Assembly (NCBI GenBank): GCA_946965045.2
Contig: OX337228.1
Span: forward strand, 4,402,001-4,466,000
DNA from: Epithemia pelagica
Taxonomy: Eukaryota > Protista > Bacillariophyta
Length of the DNA stretch: 64,000 nt
Direction of reading: 5' to 3'
Shown: in pieces, positions 1 through 9,753 of the stretch
Numbering within the stretch: the first letter of the stretch is position 1
Layout: the number at the start of each line of letters is the position of its first letter
The notes under the pieces: model-generated
Database searches by the model: none
What the model was told of the DNA's origin: nothing
The model's input: the letters and a program-made list of their open reading frames with translations, nothing else
Position numbers and translations under genes: made by a program

Positions 1-50
1 TCTATGAACAGGAAATCACTCCCGAGATTCGTCTGAGCTATGAAAACATT

Positions 51-974
51 TTGAAAAGTATCTTGCCTCCCTATCAACCCGGCGATACGGCCGAAAGTAT
101 TGTGTTCAACAACTATGGTCAGTTCGACGCCCAGCTTGTCAAACTTTTGGACGAACGATCCAACAATGGTGATGAAGGTGCGAAAGATTTGCTCATGGCT
201 CTGGCGGAAGAACAAAGGAAAAGAGTGGAAGAAGCTACAGTATCGCTGAAAGAAGTCTTGGCCCTTGGTGAACCGATGAAGATGGAAGGTGCCATCATAA
301 AGCTTGCTCGCGAAGGAAAGATTGACGAGCCGTTGCTCCTTTTGCTTGAAGCAAATGAAGACCAAGCTAGAGCTGCCGGACAAGAAGGCCCCGCTAAACT
401 TATCGGGCGATTGCGAAAGCGTGCGCTGGAGGAGAAGGATAAACAATCGGCGACAAAAGAAATCAGACTTATTCGCCAGCTCCTGCGAGCAGACGATTCG
501 GCCGAACGCGAGAAGCTTCTCGAAGAGGCATTTACTCCAAAAGAAGCTCTTCTTGTGCCCGGAACTGCTGAGAACGCTATGAAGGCGATGGATGGAGAAG
601 CTCCTGAACAGGAGAAACCCATGCCGGATGTTCCTCCACCTGATTTCATCACAGCGTGCAAAGCCGTTTTGCTGAATTTTGGCAACTTGGGTTATGAAGG
701 CGATGACCGCGGGGATCTCGCTTCCCGAATCAAGAAAATAGCAGCAGAAGCCGAGGTTGTTGCTACAAGGATCTACGGTAAGGGAATGACTTTGAGAGAG
801 CAACAAGATCGGGCCTGGAAGGAACAGACCACGTCTATTTTTGACCTTGAACGAATGGAGATTGAGGCTGAGCGGATGGGAGATGTGGCACCTTGGGCCA
901 ACCCCGATGCCGATGACGACATGTTGATTCCGGGATTCGACCAAGATGGACGAATGAAAATTGGCGGAAGCTAG
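51..974 (+). CDS. Conserved alpha-helical protein resembling plant chloroplast At4g37920-like proteins; 5' end probably upstream of the window
   Basis: The 307-aa ORF opens without an ATG. Segments LAREGKIDEPLLLLLEAN and KEIRLIRQLLRADDSAEREKLLEEAFTP resemble my recollection of that family. Confidence 0.45.
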   Translation: MKSILPPYQPGDTAESIVFNNYGQFDAQLVKLLDERSNNGDEGAKDLLMALAEEQRKRVEEATVSLKEVLALGEPMKMEGAIIKLAREGKIDEPLLLLLEANEDQARAAGQEGPAKLIGRLRKRALEEKDKQSATKEIRLIRQLLRADDSAEREKLLEEAFTPKEALLVPGTAENAMKAMDGEAPEQEKPMPDVPPPDFITACKAVLLNFGNLGYEGDDRGDLASRIKKIAAEAEVVATRIYGKGMTLREQQDRAWKEQTTSIFDLERMEIEAERMGDVAPWANPDADDDMLIPGFDQDGRMKIGGS

Positions 975-1109
975 GTAGCAGTTTTATTTCAATTATTTTC
1001 GATAAAAGCGCGCTATGTCTTATTACTTTTATTGTCTCATATTTGAGACAACTAATGGGTTAAAGTGGTCTTGACCAATCCATTTCTAAGACAGTACTGC
1101 TGTCGCAGT

Positions 1110-2550
1110 TCAGCTTTTCGCTGCTATTTGGCCGTCGGTGGACGCAGCAGGGTCTGTCTCCTTGCTGCCTTCAGCTTCTGGTTTTGTTTCCATAACTTGC
1201 TTCATCTCGTCTCTCCATTTCACGAGTTCTTCCTCTAGTTTCATCTGACCTTCAAGCACTTCTCGCATAACCGCTTTCCCATCTTCTTCCTTTCCGGACC
1301 GCTTCAGCGCGAAAGCCCTTGCTCTCTTTGATACTAAAATCAACCCCAATCCGTCAGGGGTGGCTCCTACCTCGCATTGCTCGTCTCCGAGCTTTTCGGC
1401 CTTTGCATACATTTCATCCGCTTTTTCAAAGTCTCCTTGCCGGCTGTAAGTGTTTCCAATGTTAACCAAGAAAGAGGACCGTTCCCAATCCAGGCGCGAC
1501 GATCTGGGTTCTTTGTCCAGGATCGGCAATGCCTTCTCATACTCAGCGCGAGCTTCTGAGTCCTTTCCCATCGCAGAAAGGGCGTTTCCACAATGCAAGT
1601 ACACTGATCGGAGGCAGATAGTGGACACACGAAGAGGCATATACTTCAGCAGGCCTTTGTTTAGAAGACCAGGGTACGTGGGGTCCTTCTCATGATTCTT
1701 AATAACCGGTTTCTCTTCCGCCTGTCCAGAAACATCTATCGATGAGAATTAAACGAGTCGGAAGAATTCTCTATCAGTGACTACTCACCTCGACAGCCAT
1801 CTGATCTACATCATAGAATTCGCTTGTAGCAATCTCAATCCCTTTCATCGCACAGCGATAAGCATCTTCAGCTCCTTTCTTTCCATGCAATGCAAGATAG
1901 CGCTTGCTTATCTCAGCTAGACTCAGACAAATGCACGCAGGCTCACGTAAGACAATGGAAAGCCGTAAAGCAAACTTCGCAGAACGCAGGCTTTCCAAAA
2001 ACATTTTCGTTGTTTCTTCGTCACGTTCATCCGTTTGCTGTTCAGTGTAGACCTCAGAAGTCTTAGTCGGGTTCTGCGCCAAGTCAGAATCTCCCGCCGA
2101 GTCTTCTGAAAACAATATTTGAGCGAGTTGAACCTTTTGATCACGCCTGTAAACCTCTTTAAACCGTCCCTCACGCATTCGAGGCAACGAATCCGTTTGC
2201 ACTGCCATGACGAAATTCGTCTCGCCACGTTTTCGACGTAAGACATGATCGTCGAGATCAATCGCCAGCTTCAAGTCGCCAACCCCGCCATCATCAAAAC
2301 CCTCTCCACCGACATTCTTCCGTAATGCTCCTGGAGTTTGAGGCTTGTCTAGAAGCTTAAGAGAACCGATCTGGGAGAACGAAAATTTCGTACAGTGAGC
2401 AAAACATATGGATGAAACATCACAATAACTTTCTGTAATTACCTCATCTTCAAGCGGCGGCAGTGGGTCTGGGAAGAACGATGGGTCAATTGTCTTCTTC
2501 GTTAGCTTAGGCTTGTTGTTGCCACCGCCACTCTTTGATTTCTTCCCCAT
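1110..2550 (-). CDS. TPR-repeat protein, 2 exons (intron 1722-1788)
   Basis: ORFs 1774-2667 and 1110-1640 join in frame across a GTGAGT...CAG intron. TPR-like helices (VYLHCGNALSAMGKDSEARAEYEKAL; FLVNIGNTYSRQGDFEKADEMYAKA). ATG at 2550 gives MGKKSK. Confidence 0.7.
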
Positions 2551-2921
2551 CTCTTCTATCGGACTTGTACGGTCAATTGCTGATTTTTTTTCAAGTAAGC
2601 GAGCGAATGATGGGTACGAAGATGTCACCGCGTGGTCGAACGTCAAACGCGGCCACACGGACCACAAGTTTATCTACCCACACTATTTGTTCTCTCTCTG
2701 GAGCTCTAGCTAGCAGGCATTTACCCATAGCATTCTTAGTTACTCTGGCCATGAGGATGTGAAAAGGCGAACGTGATAGCCCGTCTACCAAGAAGATCTT
2801 TTCATGAGATCTCCTACATTTACTATTTGCTTCTAAGATTTGTCAACGAGACATACTAACAATTTAAATATACTCTTAAGAAACAAATGTGCTGAAATAT
2901 GGCGAGATCATGAATGCTATA

Positions 2922-5300
2922 TCATTGGTCTTTCTTCGTTGCCTTTTCCTTAGCAGAAGAGGTTTGGCTTTCTGAGCTGGGAGACTCGCTGAATCCCTCT
3001 GCAGGACGGGCCGTATCAACAGGATACAGCCACCTCTGGTAGAGATAAATGAAGAATACGATGTCGTCACGAAAGCATCCCAATCGTGCCATAGTCGGCA
3101 TGCGGACGATGAACGAGAAAAGATCATCAATAAAGGTATTCAGAAACTTGTAACAAAGGACACGCCAAGGAAGGTGGGCAACACTCTTGAGTTTCCAATT
3201 CAAGAACAATTGTGGGGTCATCATGACAAAGCCAAAAGCGTAGACCCCCGACGAGGTCGATGTCACGAGCCAAGAAAGCCATCCCTTGTGCTCTTCGTAG
3301 GCGAGAGAGTAGAGTGTGTAGAATATTACAATAGGAAGGAGCGCAACCCCAATTGTTCTTGTCGCTAGACGGTCAGATTCTATTGTCAATGCCGTGAGAT
3401 CAATCCCCGTTGATGAAGTCTTTTGTTTCTCCATCGACTTTTTCAAAACTTCTCTAGTATCGTCGACTTCTAGTCTCGTTGCGCGAAGCTCGTACCCAGA
3501 AACAAGACGAGGGAGCCAATTATACCAGCTCACCTTCCAACCCTGTCTAGCCTTCACAAATTTAAGTCCAGCGGCTTTTCTGCATTTCCACAACGCTATA
3601 AGGCATCCAATCGACGCTGGCACTGTAATAAGAAGCGAACTCTCTTTCTCAATCAAAAAGAAAAGGATGACAACCTGTCCAAACAAGTCCATAAACAAAG
3701 CCCGCACGCTAAGACCGGTCAAGTCATTGTTGTTCTGCCAAAAGTTTACTTCATTCTTGAAGGTCAGGAATTCAAACAGAAGGTGAAGTGCGCTAGCCAG
3801 GAGCGTGATCAGTAAGAGAGTGACATTAGTGTCTGAAATCAGCGACCGTATTTCGTCAATATCTGATTGTTCAAAGCCCAAAGCTTGTTGACGTTCTAAC
3901 GCCTCGCTTAGATGTGAAAGAAGTCGCCATCGAGCGGGACTCATCCCTCCCGCATTAGCCGTAGATGCACGTGTGTTGTGTTCCAAGTCACTTCGATCAA
4001 AAGAGATGCGCAATGGAAGACTTTTGACAGTCTCATTCAAGGGAACATATTTCTCGATGGTGAGTCCAATTTCATCGACATGAATAGCAGGAATAAAAGC
4101 CAAACCAAGGGGATGATCACTTGACTTGGGCACGCGGACAACAGGAAGACCCGATGAGCCCGCGAGCTCATAGGGAAAAGATTGTCCTTCGTTGACGTAC
4201 TTGATCGCCACTTCGGGTTTCCAATACGAATACGGTTGCTTTCGTTCCTTCATGCTCGTGATCTGATTGTATCGCATCGTTTCTTCCGGCTTTGCTATTT
4301 CCATTACCCATGGCGGCATTTCACGACTATTCTTCACCAATCGATTCCACCAATAAAGGAGATCAAGGTATAAAAGTCGGCGAGGACGTCCAATATGATG
4401 AGGAAGGTCATACTTTACCATCCCAACGCCACCAACCAATATGGAGTTTGTTCTTCGGGCAAGGCGTATGCTCTCCTGAGCTTCTTCTATGGAAGCAGGA
4501 GGCCATTTCATTTCGGATCGTTTGTCCTTACGCATAACGAGAACATGGACATACACCGTTGAATTGGATGTCAAAGCGTTCCAGATAGCGGAGTCTGATG
4601 GAAATGGGATTGTCTTCCTGTCCAACATGCTTGCTAGGTCCTTTTCGGACTCTTCTTCATCCAGGCTTCCCGGGATGAGTGATAGATAAATAAACAGCTT
4701 GCGAATATGTTTCGTCAAAGAATGGTACAAAGACAACAGGACACTTGTTGATTCAATGCCTTGGCCAGCAGCCGACATGGCCGCGATCACACCCCCTTCG
4801 CCGCGTTCAATTGCCAACTGATCTGCATGGTCCAGCCAAGAAGTAGCAAATTCAAACGAGTCTTTGTCGTCAGCCAGGCAGCTTTGTCCTTCCGAACAAT
4901 CCACCGATGTCAAAAGAAACGACTTGGAAAAGGCGGGAGAACTGACGACTTCCTCCCAGAGTAGAGCTGAAGTTGTTGGTCGAGTTCTGTCCGCTTCGAT
5001 TTCTTCATCGCTGCTCTCACTCTCTGACCAAAAGTCGGTGTCGAAAAACGATAAGTCGAATCTTGGGGAGGTGGCAAGATAAACACGTAAGTGCATTTCA
5101 TCACTTGGATCAGTGGTCCACAATGGGTTCACAAATCCTTCGTACTGTGATAGGTCCACATTTGCCAGCGGGTACATGAGCCGAAACAGATTGAAACCTG
5201 CCGCGACTATGTAAAACGCCATCAATACCGATGCACCGCATGATACATTGAAAATTGATGAAAGTCTCACCATGGTTGCATTTACAAGGGTCTCAGCCAC
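2922..5300 (-). CDS. CLPTM1: CLPTM1-family multi-pass membrane protein (lipid scramblase)
   Basis: Family motifs LFEFLTFKNEVNFW, GLSVRALF, MMTPQLFLNWKLKSVAHLPWR, KFLNTFIDDLFSF and FRDDIVFFIYLYQRWLYPVD. First ATG is at 5273. Confidence 0.92.
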   Translation of the reverse strand: MAETLVNATMVRLSSIFNVSCGASVLMAFYIVAAGFNLFRLMYPLANVDLSQYEGFVNPLWTTDPSDEMHLRVYLATSPRFDLSFFDTDFWSESESSDEEIEADRTRPTTSALLWEEVVSSPAFSKSFLLTSVDCSEGQSCLADDKDSFEFATSWLDHADQLAIERGEGGVIAAMSAAGQGIESTSVLLSLYHSLTKHIRKLFIYLSLIPGSLDEEESEKDLASMLDRKTIPFPSDSAIWNALTSNSTVYVHVLVMRKDKRSEMKWPPASIEEAQESIRLARRTNSILVGGVGMVKYDLPHHIGRPRRLLYLDLLYWWNRLVKNSREMPPWVMEIAKPEETMRYNQITSMKERKQPYSYWKPEVAIKYVNEGQSFPYELAGSSGLPVVRVPKSSDHPLGLAFIPAIHVDEIGLTIEKYVPLNETVKSLPLRISFDRSDLEHNTRASTANAGGMSPARWRLLSHLSEALERQQALGFEQSDIDEIRSLISDTNVTLLLITLLASALHLLFEFLTFKNEVNFWQNNNDLTGLSVRALFMDLFGQVVILFFLIEKESSLLITVPASIGCLIALWKCRKAAGLKFVKARQGWKVSWYNWLPRLVSGYELRATRLEVDDTREVLKKSMEKQKTSSTGIDLTALTIESDRLATRTIGVALLPIVIFYTLYSLAYEEHKGWLSWLVTSTSSGVYAFGFVMMTPQLFLNWKLKSVAHLPWRVLCYKFLNTFIDDLFSFIVRMPTMARLGCFRDDIVFFIYLYQRWLYPVDTARPAEGFSESPSSESQTSSAKEKATKKDQ

Positions 5301-5693
5301 CCTCTCTCAGTTGTCCGTCTCGGCATCAAATGACGCGTGTTGTTGTTGATGGGACACGGGAATGGGACACGACACAAGACACAACAAATGAAGGGTGAAG
5401 GACAGACACATCTTTGCTTCCGAGTCCTGTTAGTATTGTGTATCCAATACCGCGATCATCCTACCTAGAGGAGTCATTCCATGGGATTCATTTGGGCAAT
5501 AAGTCCATTTTAAGTCTAGGTAAGATCACGTCAACTGAGGATGAAGCGCTACCATCTGATGGTCTCACTCCAGATAATCGGGTTCGATTGATCAATTACT
5601 TGACTTTGACCTTCATGATCCGTGCAAACCGATACGACGAGGCGATGTCAGTGTAAGTACAAAAGAGAATGATACCTCTCCAACCTTAGAGTA

Positions 5694-7442
5694 TTACGCA
5701 ATGGAAGAGTCATCTTCAGGGACATAAAGGCATTTGAAAACTTGTTTTTTCGAAACGGGTTGTTTGAAAAGAGGATGGCTGCAAAGATCCGGCAACTCCA
5801 CAATAACGATGTAGTGACATGTACTATCTTCACTGACAGAAATGTCATAGTTGTCCCCGCATTGATATCGAACTGATGACGACCGGCTTATGCCTTTTTG
5901 CGTGGAACCCCCCGCTACGATGGCGGCGTCTGTCACGTCAGAATGGTCGCACACATCCCCGCCAGTATACTCCAACTCAAAGTACGGCTTCACCACACCA
6001 CCTTTTTTATCGGTGGCATTGACCACAAACTTCCACTCGTCTTCTGGAACAATTGCAGCAAAGACATTTGGTTGATAGCTCCCCAAGTTGTGGTCGGCCT
6101 CCACAGTTCGTGCAGTATAAACCGCTCCGTTCTTGTTCTTCCGAGTTCCGACGACTTCATGATACTGACGTATATTCTTTTTGTGGCATATCTCGTACGT
6201 CCACCAACCTCCGGTGGAAGTTTGTAAGCAGAATCCATTCATTGTCCGTTCCAAAACTTCCATTACAGATTCATTTTCTTTTGCTGGCACGGACATTGAA
6301 TTCTTGTCTTTTAACTTGTATCCGCCTTCAGTCTTCGTGTTTTCTTCTTCATCCTCCTCGTCCAGGCAAAGTAATGGCGTGCAGATGGTAACATTGTACG
6401 TACAAATGTTTGTGTTCGATTCCCTCACGTCGTAGATTGACATGACATCGGTCGTAACATGGACGTTGTCTCGATGGACTAGTCCCATATTGTTTTGAAC
6501 AGTGCCCTTGCTACAGCATACCAACCGTACAAGGCTTTGGCGTTCCTTGTTTGTTCCTGGACAGAGTGTCCCATGGAGATAAGTATCATCCACGCGGGCT
6601 AATTCTGGCCGTCCTTGCGCCAAAAGGTTACCTCCCATCACCTTGCCCTTGCTATCGAGCGCTTCCCCTTCGTCTGGATCCACCAGAACGATTGCGCGAC
6701 TGTCGAAATTACCCAGGTTGGTGACGTCTTCTACTTGCACGGAACTGGTCGATTTGCTGATTTCAACGTGAAATTGAGTAACGCGGTCCTTGTAGCACCA
6801 TTCATACGACCACCATCCTTTGTGAGTTTGGGCACAAAGCCCCGACAATGGTTCGAGGAGGTTATCAATCTCAGCAATCCTTTCCTTTTCATCTATGGTT
6901 TTGAGGAGCTGAGCCAGAGACAATGTTTCACTTTCTTCATCCATACGGCGCACCGAAGAGTTGTCCGGTTCAGTGCTGTCTCCAGGATTAATTTCAGTAA
7001 TTTCTGCATCATTCTTTCCAGTCTCTATTAAGGCGGATGGTGGGTTTGCTTCATCGTCTTGTCTCAGTTTCGGTACTTCAAACATGCCTTCGTTCAGACT
7101 GACCCCGTCCAGTTCATCTTCATGATAAACTCTGCAGACGAACAGTCGACCAGACGAATCTCTTACTTCCGTGTGCAAGGCGTTGGGATTGGGGAGTTGC
7201 GAGTCCGTATTTGGCAAGAGAAGAGGTAACGCTGCAATCCGAGATCGGGTCGCTCGACTGAAGCCACCAAACGGGGAGCCATAGCCGTGTTCCGGATCAA
7301 AAATCCAACCGTCATATTCTTCGTATAGAGACGGGAAGAGTTCTGAGGCGCTGTGGACAGCACTGATAGGATGAGGAAGCAAGCCATAATAGAGAAGAAA
7401 AAATGGAAAACACAGAAGCGGTCTCATTGAGGAGGTTGTCAT
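5694..7442 (-). CDS. ER lectin OS-9/ERLEC1-like protein with two MRH (PRKCSH) domains
   Basis: Signal peptide after ATG 7442. Two MRH motifs: GWWSYEWCYKDRVTQFH and GWWTYEICHKKNIRQYH. Cys pattern GDVCD...SSSVRYQC...EDSTCHYIVIV. Confidence 0.85.
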   Translation of the reverse strand: MTTSSMRPLLCFPFFLLYYGLLPHPISAVHSASELFPSLYEEYDGWIFDPEHGYGSPFGGFSRATRSRIAALPLLLPNTDSQLPNPNALHTEVRDSSGRLFVCRVYHEDELDGVSLNEGMFEVPKLRQDDEANPPSALIETGKNDAEITEINPGDSTEPDNSSVRRMDEESETLSLAQLLKTIDEKERIAEIDNLLEPLSGLCAQTHKGWWSYEWCYKDRVTQFHVEISKSTSSVQVEDVTNLGNFDSRAIVLVDPDEGEALDSKGKVMGGNLLAQGRPELARVDDTYLHGTLCPGTNKERQSLVRLVCCSKGTVQNNMGLVHRDNVHVTTDVMSIYDVRESNTNICTYNVTICTPLLCLDEEDEEENTKTEGGYKLKDKNSMSVPAKENESVMEVLERTMNGFCLQTSTGGWWTYEICHKKNIRQYHEVVGTRKNKNGAVYTARTVEADHNLGSYQPNVFAAIVPEDEWKFVVNATDKKGGVVKPYFELEYTGGDVCDHSDVTDAAIVAGGSTQKGISRSSSVRYQCGDNYDISVSEDSTCHYIVIVELPDLCSHPLFKQPVSKKQVFKCLYVPEDDSSIA

Positions 7443-7805
7443 GTTGGACTTCTGTGTTGATGAAAAACATGAGAACTTGGGACCCAAAAAAAAATGCACC
7501 CGAGTGCCACCAACAGCAACTCCATACGAATATTGGATATTGGATTCGTATTTTGTAGTTGTTGTATATTTTGGATACATTGGATACGGCATAGAGGATA
7601 CGCATACACGGCAGAATTTAATACACGACGAGACGATCTTATTCCACTGGTAGCTAGGACTCTCGAGGCCTCTAGAGTACTTCCTTGTGGGAATGGTCCG
7701 AATAGCAATATAGATCTCATAAGAGAGTATGAAAGTCATATCTTCTAAGCGCTTGTTATGTAGTACGATGGAACACGGCAGTCTATCTGATTCGTTGACA
7801 GGTCT

Positions 7806-8576
7806 CTACAAACTAGATCGACGGTTCATTCTTCCATCGTTTCTTTTGACGATGCTCGCGGCAGCAAATAGGCCGCGAACTTGTTCTCGAGCCTGACACA
7901 CTTGTGAGGCGTAAGAGTCTTCCGAAGCAATTGTGTCTCCATCGGTCACTCCATCGTACGAGTCGTCACATGGCAGAGATTGATCGCACTGAAGAGACGG
8001 AGTCATGTCGGAGAAGTTGTCTTCAACTACCTGTGTCTGGGTGGCTGGTCTGTAGCTGAGAGATTCTTCCGCATCCCGTACACCAATCACAAAGGCTGTC
8101 TCAGCCGCATTCAGAGACACTCGCCGGTACTTTTGCGCAATAGCCTCGGGCTCTACAACACCGATGGCCATTTGTCGATCTTGCTCTTCTAACACCGCAT
8201 TCAGAGCATTAAACTTGTTTGCTCTCCGTTGTTTAAAGCCCTCCTTCAATTTATGTTCCAATCCACGAAAAGAATGCTCATCAGACTCTCGGAAATGCCC
8301 CGTCTTCATCATCTTCACAATCAGAGAATTCCGTGCTTTTATAATGTCATATTCATCTCTTGAGTACCAGCAAAGCGTTCGTGTTCCCTCGTCTAGCCTC
8401 TCAATATTTTGAACTTGTTCGGGGGCAGGCTTGAAATCAACGCTATGGCGTCTCTTCATCTTCCCACCCCCACGTGTGGCAAACGGTGTATGGTCACTCA
8501 ATTTGGTCATTCCATCGCCTACCGTAATCGTTGATGATGCGGTCCCAAGAGTAGCGTTATCGTCAATGAGCACCAT
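7806..8576 (-). CDS. Hypothetical protein of the diatom-expanded WYS...RGLE family
   Basis: 256-aa ATG ORF with SVDF...CWYSRDEY...FRGLE...AVLEEQDRQ, a pattern common in diatom hypothetical proteins. Confidence 0.6.
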   Translation of the reverse strand: MVLIDDNATLGTASSTITVGDGMTKLSDHTPFATRGGGKMKRRHSVDFKPAPEQVQNIERLDEGTRTLCWYSRDEYDIIKARNSLIVKMMKTGHFRESDEHSFRGLEHKLKEGFKQRRANKFNALNAVLEEQDRQMAIGVVEPEAIAQKYRRVSLNAAETAFVIGVRDAEESLSYRPATQTQVVEDNFSDMTPSLQCDQSLPCDDSYDGVTDGDTIASEDSYASQVCQAREQVRGLFAAASIVKRNDGRMNRRSSL

Positions 8577-9251
8577 GATGGTAATAGAATATGGCGGAAT
8601 TATCTCTGCGCCTCGTCACATCGCGTATCGCGTATACTTGTACGAGTTAGACTCGTACTACCTAGAATCTGTGCGGCGAACTGGTTGGTCGTAAAAAGGA
8701 CCATAACATTTTTGTCGTTATCAGCTCTTGCCTGCACTCTGCTGGTTGGGAAGTAGCCGAAACCGACAGAGGACACTAAAAGAGATCTCATGGCAATAGC
8801 CGAAGGACATGGGCAATATTAAGAAATAGGTTGATGTGGCATAATTTTTCCGGGCCCTGAGGCGTTCCGGATTTTTGTTTTTGGCAGGGACTGAACTGCT
8901 TGGGAAAAAAGGCTTAATCAAAATACTGTATCAGTAGCAATACGAGTGTCCTTTGGGACTTTGGACGAGTAGGGCTTATCTATAGAAATATGATCCATTC
9001 AGGGGCCGAAGTTTCAACATTGCCAAAAACATCTTCGTAAGGCTAAGGTTACTCGTACTTTTACTTCTTCGTATTCGCATAAATAATACTCCTATATGCT
9101 ATATTACCTAGGTAGATAAGGGGATAGTCTACCTATTGTAGGTAGATACTCCTAAAACGAGTATTACTCAGCTCACGTGTCCAATCTACGAAACAGTGCT
9201 CAGATCCTAATGCATTCTTCTCCTCTAATAGCTAGGAGTAGTAGATAGTAC

Positions 9252-9259
9252 TTCCAAGT
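9252..9259. repeat. Left 8-bp target-site duplication TTCCAAGT of the hAT element
   Basis: Identical to 16334-16341 and immediately outside the TIR. 8-bp TSDs are diagnostic for hAT. Confidence 0.95.
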
Positions 9260-9275
9260 CAGGGTCTGGAAGTCA
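9260..9275 (+). repeat. Left terminal inverted repeat of the hAT element
   Basis: CAGGGTCTGGAAGTCA; the CAGGG start resembles Ac-type hAT termini. Confidence 0.93.
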
Positions 9276-9479
9276 TTTTATGTGCCATCTAAACTTGAAT
9301 GTAGATTGATTATTCACTTTTCCAATCAGTTTAGAATTAAATTAAGAATTAACGATTCACTTCACGACATATACACAATTGAATTAATCTTGAAAGTGTA
9401 CTAATTTACGGATAGTAAATGAACTTAATTACCAAAGTCAATTATGTTTACAATCAATAAATTCACTTAACTTTACTAT

Positions 9480-9610
9480 TCCCCTATTTCATACCCTTTG
9501 AATTGAATTCAATCCCCAATTCCCTTTTCGAACCAATTGGAATTAAATTCCAATCCCAATTCCCTTTTCGAACGAATTTGATTTGAATGAATCATTCCCA
9601 ATTCACACCA
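9480..9610. repeat. Left subterminal repeat array (CCAATTC-type units; CAATTCCCTTTTCGAAC twice)
   Basis: Direct repeats ccccaattcccttttcgaac and tcccaattcccttttcgaac plus further caattc/gaattg units, mirrored at the right end. Confidence 0.7.
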
Positions 9611-9753
9611 CCATTCAGAACAAATGAATTACACATTCACAAATTCCATTCATTCTCTGAATTATGACTCACAGTCACACACTGTACTCCTTATCCTTTC
9701 TCCACCATTATAGTCGTACAACATACAACTAAGAAGATTTTAGGTACGCCTGT

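Noticed and set aside
9480-9610. Spaced short repeats as a possible CRISPR array
   Set aside because: Eukaryotic context, only two long units, irregular spacing and no cas genes; better explained as hAT subterminal repeats.
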